Positions 1-10,888 of a stretch of DNA of 64,000 nucleotides are shown piece by piece (the first letter of the stretch is position 1; each line of letters starts with the position of its first letter). Below the pieces are notes generated by a model. The model was not told where the DNA came from, ran no database searches, and saw only the letters and a program-made list of their open reading frames with translations. Source of the DNA: Salinispira sp. (GTDB taxonomy: Bacteria > Spirochaetota > Spirochaetia > DSM-27196 > Salinispiraceae); assembly GCA_965226555.1 (NCBI GenBank), contig CBDDDG010000018.1, positions 1 to 64,000 on the forward strand, written 5' to 3'. The position numbers were made by a program, and so were the translations under genes.

Positions 1-1863
1 CGTATTAAGAACATCTGTTGAGCATTTTGAATCTAATATATCATTCACAACATTCAACAGAAGCTCCCGATCATTCCCGGAGAGTACCGGAAATGGCAAT
101 TGCTCTATATCTCCCCGCAAAACCTTTACAGAACTAAACTTCTTTCTGAAATAGAACTTGAAGAGCTTTGAATTAAGAAAACCTAAAATAAGTTTCATCG
201 GATAGTCTGGAATAGCCGGAATTAAAATGTTAGCACTATTCAGGGTTAGGCTGCGGGTATTATCGTACGCACATACCAAATTCTTCGAAATAAATTTATA
301 AACTAATTTTTCACTCACGCGGTATTTTTCTGTCGGGGCTGCTTGCTGGAATAAGGAAGGGGAAAATTCAATATAATTTTCAGGTTTCTTACATTTAAAT
401 GGAAAAATGTCGGCGCCTGTATAAATTGGTTCACAATTGTCTGCGGGGGTGTTTTTAAGGAATTTTTTATTATTGCCTGTTACTATACCCAGTACCCAGT
501 CGGCATTCCCTTCTAAGGTAATGTATGCGGGTTTTTCCATTTTGGAAAAAATGTCAGCGTCTGTTTCCTGTATGTATATACTGAATAGGCTATGCTTATT
601 CTGTGTAAAACGCTCCTGGTTTATTTCATACGATACTGTGCCGTGGACCACGGTAATTTTATAATCAGATACTTTCTCCTTTCTTAAAGACAATGTTATT
701 ACCGGAGACATGACATTTTTAAAGCGCTTCCCGAGAATTCCGATGTTATCAACAGCACAATTTTTAAGAATATATTCCCGTATATCCTTATGCGCCCTTA
801 CATTAGTAATTGATTCAGGCAGTACAAAATACATTTCGCCTTTTTCATGAAGTAAACGGACAGATTGTATAATAAAGAAAGAAAAAGATTCTTTTGAAGC
901 TATTTCAGGAAATAGTTTCTTTATTTCAGAGTCTTTATTATATCTGGCTCCCCATGGCGGGTTAGTTGCAATTACATCGAAATTACCCATATCTGATTGT
1001 TCTTCCCCGAATAGGGAGTTCTCATGTTTCATTAATAATGTATTTATATGATATATGTTGGGAGAGAAATTATGATTTTTGTATTGTAAGAACAAATTGC
1101 ATCTGGCAATGTTAACAGCATTTTCATCAATATCACATCCATAAATGTTAACAGGATTCAGAATTGTTTCTGAAAAATACAGGAGGAACTGACCTGTCCC
1201 GCAGCATGGATCTAAAACTTTACAATTTTCATGTATTCTGCCGTCTAATAAATTATGAACAACCTCCCCGGGAGTATAGTAGGAGCCTAAGCAGGATTTT
1301 TCTCCTTCATGAATGACAGACTGATACATTATTCCCAGAATGTCTCGTTCCTGCGGCAGATGGCAGTTAAGCAAAAATTGAACTTTTTCGTTATTGTAGT
1401 TTATTTTTTTTGAAGAAAGTCCTTCTTTCCATGTTTTCAGAAATTTGTGTACTTCATTTCTTCTGAAGTGCTCTTTCGAAAAAGAGAATAGTTCATCTGT
1501 AGAGCTGTATGCAATATCATCATTTTGTCTGAACAGATTCAAAGCGAGAATGAATATCGCCTGAACAGGTTTAATGCGATGTTCATTAATAAAACCTACA
1601 ATTCTCTCAATTTCCTTCAGATATACCGGCGAAGAAATATACTCATGCGGAATGAATGTATTCACGGATTTTGATTTGTTGGCCCTGTTGTTTAAGCGGT
1701 TGATTTCACCAGAGTCGATTTTTCTCTTTACATCGGCAATTTGAGAGAATTTATACTGGTTGCCATGTTTTTTCAGATAGCCGTGACGAATCCAGTTATG
1801 TACACTCGCTGTTGATATTCCCAGATACTGCGCGGTTTCTTTTTGGGTAATGTACTCATTCAC
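1..1863 (-). CDS. N6-adenine DNA methyltransferase (Eco57I/TaqI-like) with N-terminal excisionase-like HTH; 3' end runs off the window
   Basis: Absent from the ORF track because it has no stop in the window. Manual translation from GTG at 1863 gives NEYITQKETAQYLGISTASVHNWIRHGYLK (HTH), then DPCCGTGQF (motif I) and TNPPW (motif IV). Confidence 0.8.
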   Translation of the reverse strand, partial: MNEYITQKETAQYLGISTASVHNWIRHGYLKKHGNQYKFSQIADVKRKIDSGEINRLNNRANKSKSVNTFIPHEYISSPVYLKEIERIVGFINEHRIKPVQAIFILALNLFRQNDDIAYSSTDELFSFSKEHFRRNEVHKFLKTWKEGLSSKKINYNNEKVQFLLNCHLPQERDILGIMYQSVIHEGEKSCLGSYYTPGEVVHNLLDGRIHENCKVLDPCCGTGQFLLYFSETILNPVNIYGCDIDENAVNIARCNLFLQYKNHNFSPNIYHINTLLMKHENSLFGEEQSDMGNFDVIATNPPWGARYNKDSEIKKLFPEIASKESFSFFIIQSVRLLHEKGEMYFVLPESITNVRAHKDIREYILKNCAVDNIGILGKRFKNVMSPVITLSLRKEKVSDYKITVVHGTVSYEINQERFTQNKHSLFSIYIQETDADIFSKMEKPAYITLEGNADWVLGIVTGNNKKFLKNTPADNCEPIYTGADIFPFKCKKPENYIEFSPSLFQQAAPTEKYRVSEKLVYKFISKNLVCAYDNTRSLTLNSANILIPAIPDYPMKLILGFLNSKLFKFYFRKKFSSVKVLRGDIEQLPFPVLSGNDRELLLNVVNDILDSKCSTDVLNT

Positions 1864-2055
1864 AGAACACTATTATATAGTAATATTTACAAAATTTATA
1901 ATTCAAATAGAAACTTTTGCTTTATGCAAAAGTTTCCGATCTGGAATGCTTTCTTTGTGCTGAGCATTCTCCTATTTTATAGAAAGTTTTGCATTTTGCA
2001 AAACTTTGAAATATTCTATAAGAAACTTTTGCATTGTAACCATTTTTCACTTTGC

Positions 2056-2646
2056 TCATAAAATGTTTGCTAGATATTCATACGTGATACTTTGAAAGAA
2101 ATGCTTCGCCTTGTGATACTCATACGTTTTATTGTTCAGATGAAATTGTCCTTCTCCCACATTTCCGGCATGTTGTTTATCTGAATAGTTAATATTTTCA
2201 TCAATATTTTTTGATCTGATTTTGAATATTTCGATAACATCTGCAAAGAAAATCCCATAGTAGAGAACATCAAACTTCTTTCGCTTTATCTGTTGGATAT
2301 TACAGTCGAATGGATACTTTTTCCAATCTTCTTGATTAAATATTCTATCCTCATTTGTAACCTGAATAATTTCAGATAATATGTTTTCCTCTGTTATTAC
2401 GTTTTTATTGGCTTTCATTGCGGTGCAGAATTTAACTTCTACTCTCTCACCTAACTTATCATCATAAAGATCATGAGATATATTATCACTCTCTTTAAGT
2501 TGAAGCATTTTCTTGATCATTATTTCAGTCACTGCGCCAAATCTACGCGTTTTAAGATTAAAGATGCTTGCTCGCAATTTTTCTACTGTTTTATCTGTCA
2601 TGTTTACGAATCTACAGCTAAATTGTGTGGGAATCAAGTCAGACAT
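2056..2646 (-). CDS. Putative type II restriction endonuclease (PD-(D/E)XK-like)
   Basis: 196 aa with a D...VEVK motif; AT-rich; lies directly upstream of the MTase. Confidence 0.55.
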   Translation of the reverse strand: MSDLIPTQFSCRFVNMTDKTVEKLRASIFNLKTRRFGAVTEIMIKKMLQLKESDNISHDLYDDKLGERVEVKFCTAMKANKNVITEENILSEIIQVTNEDRIFNQEDWKKYPFDCNIQQIKRKKFDVLYYGIFFADVIEIFKIRSKNIDENINYSDKQHAGNVGEGQFHLNNKTYEYHKAKHFFQSITYEYLANIL

Positions 2647-4851
2647 TACGCAGCAAACTTTCTGAGGTCAACATAATCGCGCACGTAGCGCACAATTTTC
2701 CTGCGGAGGACTTTCGGTAATTGTGTCCATTCTTCATCGGTCAATTCGGTGCTGCCGCTCAGGGCGCCATATTGCTTGTTGTCGATTTTTTCCCGAACAT
2801 AGGGGCTGGACAGATATGCCTTAAATGCTGCCGCCGCATCCATTACATGCGCAGCATCAGGATTTACTGCGGCGACAAACTTTCCTGTTTCCTGTTTTAA
2901 TAATTCCGCCCGCATCAATTCCCTATCGGCGCGGGTGCCGGACGGTGGTATTTTCTGCGTCTTTATTGAGCTCACTGTGTCCGTGCCCTCATATACATAG
3001 CTGTCTTTTGTGTCATCGTCAGCGGGGAATATATCTGGTTCAGCACCTAGTTCAGCGGAGGAGTCGGTGAGCAATAGTTTGTCGTCATACACATGCTCTT
3101 TTTCGAAGTACTCGCATACGGCAAAAAAATCGAACAGCGAAAATCCGTCTTTGTTTATTTTGCGCTCTTCGCCGGCTTCGCTCCGATACGTAAACGTATG
3201 CCGCCGTGTGCCTCGTCCCTTAATCTGCACAAATTCGGAGGGCGAAAAAATTGGGCGCAGAAGGCAGAGGTTTAAGATGTCGGGGCAATCGTAGCCTGTT
3301 GTCATCATTCCCACCGTCACACATACCCGCGTTGTGCTTGTGCGGTAATTTTCCAGAACATTGCCCCAGCCGTTCAGGTTGTTATAGGCAAATGCGCGTG
3401 TACATTCCTGCGCATCCGGTATACGCGAAGTTACCTGCAGGGCAAAATTGGAGCGGCGGTATGTACCCGGCCATATTTCATGCGCCAGTTCATTTAATAC
3501 TTGTGCGGTCTTGGCCGCATGATTTTGACTCACACAATATACAATGCTTTTGCCTATTTCACCGCTCAGGGGGTCTGTGCGCGCATGTTCCAAAAAGGCG
3601 CGGCACTGGGCGCGCGCGGTGGCGGGTGAAAATAATTTTCTCTCATAATCTGCGCGGGTGAACTTTATTTCTCTGATATCGCCTGTCTCATCATCAACCT
3701 GAAACGTTACTCCCTGCCCCGACAATAATTCGGTCGTTATTTCTGTGCGGGCATCAATGAGGGTTGGGCTGAGTAAAAAATTATCCTCCACACCTTTTTG
3801 CAGATCGTAGCGAAACACTGACTCACCGCCGAAAATTGTGTAGGTATCGCGCAGGCGGCGCAATTCCAATTCTTTGGGATTTGTGGACTGCAATTCTTCT
3901 TCCGAGACCCCGCGCAGATAATCGCGCGGCGTCGCCGTCAGCCCCACTTTGTGGCCGATAAAATACTCAAACACTCCGCGCGCTCCGCGCCCGCAAATGG
4001 CGCGATGCGCCTCATCGACAACGAGCAAGTCGAAATCCAGCGGCGAAAATTTCTTTCGGTACCTGTCCTCATATGCCAACGATTGCACCGTGGAAATGAC
4101 AATGTGCGCCCGATTCCAGTCGTCCTTATTCTGCTTATAAATGACCGATTCATAATCGTTGCCCACATAGTTTTTCATATTTTTTTGCGCCTGTTCTTCC
4201 AATTCCAGCCGGTCGACCAGAAACAACACACGCTGCGCGTTGCTGCTGCGCAAGTACAGTTTTATAATTGCCGCCGAAATAAGGGTTTTGCCGGTGCCGG
4301 TTGCCATTTCCAGCAAAAAGCGCTGACGTCCTGCTGCTGCGGCATTCTGCACTGCGCGCACTGCATCCAGCTGATAATTCGCGCAGATGGCGAAGGTGCT
4401 CCGGCGGGGTCTGCGCGCCTTGGGTTTGCGCAATGTAATTCTCGCCGATGGTCTGCTCAGCGAAGGATTGCGGACTGCGGTGTAATTTTTGCCGCGCCGC
4501 CAAGGATTCAGGGGAAGGCATGGTTTGTACAGGCGATGGGTTGCCTTCTTGTGAATCCCAAAAATAATGCAGTTCGCCGTTGGACAAAATAACAAAGCGG
4601 GCATGTAATGTTTGCGCATAGTCCCGCGCCTGCTCCTTGCCTTCCAGCGGATTGATGCCGCTTTTTTTCGCCTCGAGAACGGCAAGCGGAAAATTGGCAT
4701 TGTTCAGCAAAACATAATCGGCAGCGCGGTTTCGGCTGTCGGAGACAACGCGCTGCTCCATGCGGACATTCGGCGAGGGCATGCCGGGCAAGCGCCATCC
4801 GGCTTTTTTGAGCATGGAATCTATAATAACGCGGACTTCAGTTTCGTTCAT
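2646..4851 (-). pseudogene. hsdR: Type I restriction enzyme R subunit (EcoEI-like), one frameshift near 4380 (real or assembly error)
   Basis: ORF 4150-4851 has the nuclease motif ADYVL..LAVLEAKK. ORF 2646-4700 has YQLDAV, MATGTGKT, VDEAHR, LTATP and QIKGRGTR. One extra base in CTGCGC-G-AATTATCAG separates the two frames. Confidence 0.85.
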
Positions 4852-6284
4852 TTTTCAATTTCTGCCACGATTGTGCTTTTGATTTTTCACGATTATTGTA
4901 TGCCTCAGCAAGCTGTGGGTTGAGTTCTATGGCTTTGTCATAATCTTTTATGGCTTCTTCATTTCTGCCCAATTTTGCCTTTGCCTTTCCGCGATTATTG
5001 TATGCCTTAGCATACTGTGGGTTGAGTTCTATGGCTTTGTCATAATCTTTTATGGCTTCTTCATTTCTGCCCAATTTTGCCTTTGCAAACTTCCGCGATT
5101 ATTGTATGCCTCAGCATACTGTGGGTTGAGTTCTATGGCTTTGTCATAATCTTTCATGGCTTCTTCATTTCTGCCCAATTCTGCCTTTGCAATTCCGCGA
5201 TTATTGTATGCCTCAGCATACTGTGGATTGAGTTCTATGGCTTTGTCATAATCTTTCATGGCTTCTTCATGTTCTGCCCAATTCTGCCTTTGCAAGCCCG
5301 CGATTATTCATATGCCACGATTTGCTTTTCATTTCCGCAGTATGTCGTTGCAACCTTGGGTTGAGTTCTATATCAAAATCTTTCATGGCTTCTATGTCTA
5401 ATCTTTTATGGCTTCTTCATTTCTGTCCAATCCTTCATGCCTTTGCAATTCCACGATTATTGTATGCCTCCAGCAACTGTGGGTTGAGTTCTATGGCTTT
5501 GTCATAATACTCTATGGCTTTTTCGTTTTCACTGCTCTGGTGGTATTTTAGCCCAATAAAAAAGTAGTCTTCCGAAGTGTACTGCGTGTACTCTTTTCCA
5601 TGAGCATTAGCCAGAGCAAAACCAGAAAAATCACTATACATATGTTGTTCTGTAATGCCATGCCTATTTTCCAGATATTTTATTATTTCTTTCTTTATTG
5701 ATGAATCTATTATAACAACTTCATAAAGATTTGAAGGAATGGTATCTGGGCCAAACAGAGAAACACAGATTTTTGGGCAACAATGCGATTATTTTGGGCT
5801 TTGGGAGGTGTCCATTTCCAAATTTTGTCTGGCTGTAAAAATGTTGTTATTTCTTTTTTTGATGTTTATAGGTAACTTCGGAGAATTTATCGGCGGAGTC
5901 AGTTGCCATAGCAATAACCTTACCGTCTTTGTTATGGTGGTCATTGCAAGCAAACCACAAGGCAACTAAGGGATTTTGCGTGAAATCGATCAGGCATGTT
6001 GCCGCACCGTAATGCTGCAACTCCGCAAGTAACTCTAAATCAGATAATTCTTTGCCTTCCTTCCTGCCAAATCCTTGTATTCTGGCGTTATCTATTAATT
6101 GTTTAACGTAGTTTTGAAAAACTACTGGCGGCGAATCTTTTTCCAGTCGGCGGCGGCAAGATGCCTCCGGATTCCAACTGCTATCTGCAAGACCGCGATA
6201 CAGTAATTGTGTACCTTTTACGTTTTTCAACCACTCGTTATATTCATCAATGCTTTTGATTGTGCTTACGGTTTTCTCTGCCAT
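4838..6284 (-). pseudogene. FRG-domain plus TPR-repeat protein, fragmented by frameshifts
   Basis: LYRG and LQHYGAATCLIDFTQNPLVALWFAC (FRG), followed by about six 102-bp TPR units (AIKDYDKAIELNPQYAEAYNNRG) in shifting frames. Confidence 0.75.
4888..5520. repeat. About six tandem 102-bp TPR-coding repeats; the unit at 5300-5450 is garbled
   Basis: GATTATTGTATGCC...GGGTTGAGTTCTATGGCTTTGTCATAATC recurs. Confidence 0.9.
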
Positions 6285-6301
6285 GACCCTATTTCCCTGC
6301 C

Positions 6302-8796
6302 CTACTCATTATCCCAGACCTCGCTGATTTTGTCTTTGATTTTTTGTTCCATAATTTCAATGAGGTATGTATTGCCGTGTATGATTGCTTCTTCTTTTTC
6401 AATTTCTGCCACGATGTGCTTTTGGATTTTGAGTGACGGGAGGGGGATTTTGTATCTTCAATAGAATTTTTGAGTTTAAATTATTTATAGGTTGCTCCAC
6501 TAATTTATTTCCTCAAAAAAACGTTAAATTTAGAACTTTTTAGTTGATAGAACATATATTGAGGGATAGTTCTGTCCTTTTTGATTTATCCTTATGACAC
6601 TAGCATAAAACCACCAAAATAAAAATTTGTATTGTCTTTAATATATGCTACCTGGACCAATATGGCTTTTGCTACCGCTAGCAAGGCATATAAAAATATC
6701 TCCTTTGTTTAGCTTTTTTGCTTTCACTTAGTTTCAACGGTCTGATGAAATAATTTTAATATCATGCAAATTTAAAGAACCATTCAAATTCCATATTATT
6801 AGCCCTCAAAACTTTTAAGCCATTTTCTTTCTACCTCATCGTTTTTTGAATAAGTAACTCCCCGATTTAACTCACAAACATCTCCCAATTCCACCATCTC
6901 CCAATCGGGATTAACGGCAACTCTGCGGTTTCCAGTTATCTACGACCTGCTTTGCTCCGTCTATAATTTTTTGATAGCCGTCAATCTCCTCAGCAATTTT
7001 CTCTCTGAATTTCGAGCGGGGGGAGGGGGATTTTGATGCATAGAAAGGTTGGATATTGTTTAATCTGTGGAACTGTAGCACCTGTACCTGAAATTCAGTA
7101 GAGTTTAAATTTGAACTCTTTAATAAACGCAAAAAGATAATTCTTTACTTAATTTTGTATCTGTCTGGTTTTGTAACCATGAGCATGATTCCAGTAATCC
7201 AAGATTGTACCTGTTACAGTAAAAGATGTTTTTTAACTGCTCACCACATGTTAGCACCCTCTACAAGCCTATTAGCAACTTCTGAATTCTTCGTCAAAAA
7301 GTTATATCTTATCAAAAAAACCAATAACACCATTTGCACCAAAAACTTTGTATATTCTCCCAAATCCCTATGAGATTGTTTTAGAGTAATCGTTTTCTCT
7401 GGTTGTCTAAAATCTCACAAACATCTCCCAACTCCACCATCGGATATTTCGCATTGCTATAATCTTCTCCCTCACGATACCGGTCGGCGGTAAGGGTGTA
7501 ATCGCCATTTTCAGCAATTTTGTCTTTTGTGACCCACAGCGCCATATCACTCTGTACTTTTTTGCCCTGCTGCCAATTCTGCAAAATGTTCAGGGCCTGC
7601 GGCAGATCGTTTTTATCGGTTGCCCGGCGCTGCGCTCCCAAATCGAAACCATCATTATCAATTCGCACAAACAAAATCTCATCACTCTGTTTTGCCAGCA
7701 GTTTATCTATGAACAACACGGAAGTTTTCACGCCGGAATACGGATTAAAGACACCGCTCGGCAGCGATGCCACCGCATAGAGCCCCCACTGCTCAATGAG
7801 ATATGCGCGAAGCGTTTTATATGCCGTGCTTGTTTGAAAAATAATGCCTTCGGGAACAATGATGCCGGCGCGCCCGCTGGTAGTGAGGTGTTCGGCAATA
7901 TAATCGACAAACAGCACCTCAGAGCGCTTGGCATGAACGGCAAAGCGCGGGTGGGGGTGAATACCGCCCCGCGGCGTCATAAATGGCGGATTAGCCAGAA
8001 TAACCTGATAATCTTCATTCCAGCGCGCCTCGCTGGTGAGGGTGTCGTAGTCAAAAATTTGCGGGCTGCGGATGTTGTGCAGAAACATATTGATGCGCGA
8101 CAAGCGCGTCATGCCCGGGTCTATTTCATAGCCATGCACATTGCCCGACAATGTACTCCTCTCGGAGGGAGACAGTACATCGCCCGGGCTTTTCTGTTTA
8201 TTGCGCGCTAAAATATGATTATAGGCAGAAATGAGAAAACCGGCAGTGCCGCAGGCGGGGTCGAGCACGCGCTCATGTTTTTGCGGGTTAACAACAGCGA
8301 CTATGAAATTGATAATGTGGCGGGGAGTGCGGAACTGCCCTGCCTTGCCCTGTGTGCTCATAATGGAAAGCAGATATTCGTATCCGTTGCCGAGGTCTTC
8401 GCTGCTCGTATAGGGCAGATTATCTATTTCCCGCAAAAAGAGCGTTAAGGTGCGGGCATCCTGAAAGGACAAAAACGCGCCCTGAAACATGGAGCGGAAG
8501 ACTTTCGGCAACTCCGCGGACTGTCCGAGGGCAGCAATGGCTTTGGTGTACAGTTTGCGCCGTTCTGCGCTGCCGAGAGTGGTTGCGAGGAGTGCGCGCC
8601 ATGAGAACTGTGCCAATTCGCCGACAAAAAAGCTCGGGTTGCCGCCCTCTTCTTCCGAAATGCGGTCGCGGTCATCCATAAATTTATACAGCAACGCGGT
8701 GGTTATTTGCTCCACCTGCCCCTTGGGGTCAGGCATCTGCCCCACTAATATATCGCGTGCCGCGTCAATGCTTCTTCTGGTGTCGGCGTTTAACAT
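6302..8796 (-). pseudogene. hsdM: Type I RM HsdM-HsdS fusion; M part intact, both TRDs frameshifted
   Basis: GQFRTP, DPACGTAGFL and NPPF, running into MVELGDVCE (about 7440). That motif repeats at about 6897, and the frame ends LIEIMEQKIKDKISEVWDNE* at 6302. Confidence 0.8.
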
Positions 8797-8952
8797 TGTT
8801 CATTCCTTCCGCAATTGCTTATTGAAAATTTGGTGATTTTCTTACAAACTGGTCGAATTTAACTGATTATACTGTCGTTTGTAAGCGTCAGATCAATTCT
8901 GATGGGTGTTGGTTTTCAGCTGCAATGTTCCACGGGAGGAGGTCTTTCTGGG

Positions 8953-9183
8953 TCATTGCCCTGCGGATGCCGCAGATCCGTTTAATTCACGTCCCGTAAG
9001 TTCACGCACCCGTTCCGGTGAAAGTTCCGTAGCAGCAACCACATCGGACTCCTCTATTCCGAGCCGGATCATATTACGAGCCGTCTTTTCAATACCTTTC
9101 TCCATTCCCTGCGCAAGACCTTCAATTCGGCCCTTCGCAATGCCTTCTCTGACGAAGGCGTTGGTAATATTATATGTCCGCAT
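8953..9183 (-). CDS. Putative intragenic small Rpn protein (RpnS), 76 aa
   Basis: Internal SD GGAGGAGA (9191-9198) precedes an in-frame ATG at 9183. Confidence 0.6.
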   Translation of the reverse strand: MRTYNITNAFVREGIAKGRIEGLAQGMEKGIEKTARNMIRLGIEESDVVAATELSPERVRELTGRELNGSAASAGQ

Positions 9184-9945
9184 ACTGTTTTCTCCTCCAA
9201 GGTACAGTTCCCTGTCAATTTTCTCAAACTGTTCATACAGTTTTGGATCTAGATCTTTCAGATAACCCAGCACACTCTCTGCCAGATCAGTAAAGTCTTG
9301 TGATGACAAACCGTTCAGAAGCTGCGCAATCTCCTTCAGCCCCTCAGCATCCATCTCATTATCTCGCATTATATACCACAACGCAGTCGATGTATATCGT
9401 TTTCCATCGAAACGCCATGCCAACTGCTTTTTGTCCATTCGCCTCAGATCGCGCACAATGTACGATACTCTCGCCCTGACATCTACCGTGCCTTCAGTCA
9501 TGGATTCGGAAGCAGCATTTCCATGAGAACTGTAAAATGAGCGCGGGAGGTTCCATTCCTTTTTTCCATGGTAGAGCAGAAGTATATAGATAGCATCATT
9601 TTCATTGTACACATTGCTGTTTCTGAGGGCATATTGATAATTATCGATTTGAGTGAGCGCATGTTTGTGCTGGTAGCTTTTGTGCTCAATAATAAAAAGG
9701 GACTTCCGGTCGGGGTCTGACAGGGAGGGGGCGCTGACAACGAGACCGCAGTGAAGGTTCTTTTTTCCTGCAATGTAGCTGGGGTTTTCAATACGAATTT
9801 TGCCCAAGTCCAGCTTGGCAAGCGTTGTAGCCGTACAGAACAGCCGCAGCAGGTCGGGAATCAGCCGGGGGGTTCTGTAGTAGGCGATCTTGAAGGCTAT
9901 GTCGTGGATGTTGCCTGTGCTGTGGGATGATTTTTTCATAAACAT
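8953..9945 (-). CDS. Rpn/YhgA-family PD-(D/E)XK nuclease (rpn copy 1)
   Basis: HDIAFK, FIIEHKS and LLYHG motifs, EG/KG repeats and an ARNM..G HTH tail; SD AGGAGG upstream. Confidence 0.85.
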   Translation of the reverse strand: MFMKKSSHSTGNIHDIAFKIAYYRTPRLIPDLLRLFCTATTLAKLDLGKIRIENPSYIAGKKNLHCGLVVSAPSLSDPDRKSLFIIEHKSYQHKHALTQIDNYQYALRNSNVYNENDAIYILLLYHGKKEWNLPRSFYSSHGNAASESMTEGTVDVRARVSYIVRDLRRMDKKQLAWRFDGKRYTSTALWYIMRDNEMDAEGLKEIAQLLNGLSSQDFTDLAESVLGYLKDLDPKLYEQFEKIDRELYLGGENSMRTYNITNAFVREGIAKGRIEGLAQGMEKGIEKTARNMIRLGIEESDVVAATELSPERVRELTGRELNGSAASAGQ

Positions 9946-9989
9946 TCCTCCTACATCTGTGACGGGAGAACTGTCATTTTTGACTATAT

Positions 9990-10043
9990 GAAAGTTTTGC
10001 TACTGGAAATTGTGCTTGTACAATTTTCCAATGCAAAAGTTTC
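9990..10043. repeat. 54-bp nested palindrome (long MITE form)
   Basis: GAAAGTTTTGCTACTGGAAATTGTGCTTGTACAATTTTCCAATGCAAAAGTTTC. Confidence 0.9.
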
Positions 10044-10080
10044 GGGGAATGGGGAATGGTGTGAGTGGGAGGCGGTGCGC

Positions 10081-10845
10081 CTACGGCAAAACCCCCGCGG
10101 AGAGCGTCCGCAGCCTGCGGCCGATGCTGTATTCAAACAAGGAACACAGAAACATGAACAGGCGCTTGTCGGCGCCATTGGGAAGAATAATTTTCCTATT
10201 TTCCCCAAGCGTACGCATCGGTTCATTTTCCAGAAATACTCGTTCAGGCGGCTGAATTGGCGGATGTTTGGAATCTGTGAGCTGCGCAAAAAACCCGCCT
10301 TCGGTGTAACTATACTGAACATTCACATTCCGGGGAATTGCGTGTAATGTTTTAATATCTCTCCGTGGGTCAGGTTGTTCGCCAATAATTTCCAACAATC
10401 GCCACAGAGTAAGGTTGGTAAGGCAGAGTATTCGTTCAGGCTCAGTTTTATCCAAATAGGTAAGATACTCCAGGGTGAGATCATATGCCCGGGAATCGTC
10501 TACGTTGCCGCCATGCGCGGCAAGGAGAATTTCTGAGATGAGACCCGCCGCATATAATTTTCGCGTTTCACGCCGCAGGCCTGAAAATTCCTGCTGTATT
10601 TCCATATCCAATAGCTTGGTAAACTGTTTCGCAGGATATGTATAGAAGAGCATGAGCCCATGGTAGGAGCTTTGTGTTCCTGAACGAAGTTTACTCTTTG
10701 GAGAAGCTGCCCCGTAGGCAAGCGCCCGCACAATTCCATGAGACGGAGTAAGAATGTATATCAGCCTATTCTTCTCACCGCTGGAACGAACCTGAAGTAT
10801 AATACCCGGGCTCCGATAATTACGGCTCATGGTAAAAATCCGCAC
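10081..10845 (-). CDS. recO: DNA repair protein RecO
   Basis: GIILQVR..GEKNRLIYILTP.HGIVRALAYGA N-terminal OB fold; true start may be ATG 10830. Confidence 0.85.
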   Translation of the reverse strand: MRIFTMSRNYRSPGIILQVRSSGEKNRLIYILTPSHGIVRALAYGAASPKSKLRSGTQSSYHGLMLFYTYPAKQFTKLLDMEIQQEFSGLRRETRKLYAAGLISEILLAAHGGNVDDSRAYDLTLEYLTYLDKTEPERILCLTNLTLWRLLEIIGEQPDPRRDIKTLHAIPRNVNVQYSYTEGGFFAQLTDSKHPPIQPPERVFLENEPMRTLGENRKIILPNGADKRLFMFLCSLFEYSIGRRLRTLSAGVLP

Positions 10846-10851
10846 ACTATA

Positions 10852-10880
10852 TTGACGATCCTCGCAACAATCACTAGTCT
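10852..10880 (+). promoter_or_regulatory. Putative sigma70 promoter for lon
   Basis: TTGACG-17-TAGTCT, with ATG 8 nt downstream and no SD. Confidence 0.4.
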
Positions 10881-10888
10881 ATAGTAGT

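Noticed and set aside
4370..4390. Programmed frameshift in hsdR
   Set aside because: No slippery run or repeat at the site, and neighbouring genes have many indels.
4888..5520. DGR template/variable repeat pair in the TPR units
   Set aside because: No reverse transcriptase in the window, and differences include indels rather than adenine-specific changes.
9990..10043. Palindromes as integron attC or classic RAYT-associated REP sites
   Set aside because: No GTTRRRY cores, integrase or RAYT in the window; the arms match IS5 TIRs better.
9984..10347. Recurrent short ORFs containing KVLLLEIV.AQFSNAK or ENCASTISSSK
   Set aside because: Translations of the palindromic repeat; the repeat also creates false extended starts for tamB, tmk and the NFACT gene.
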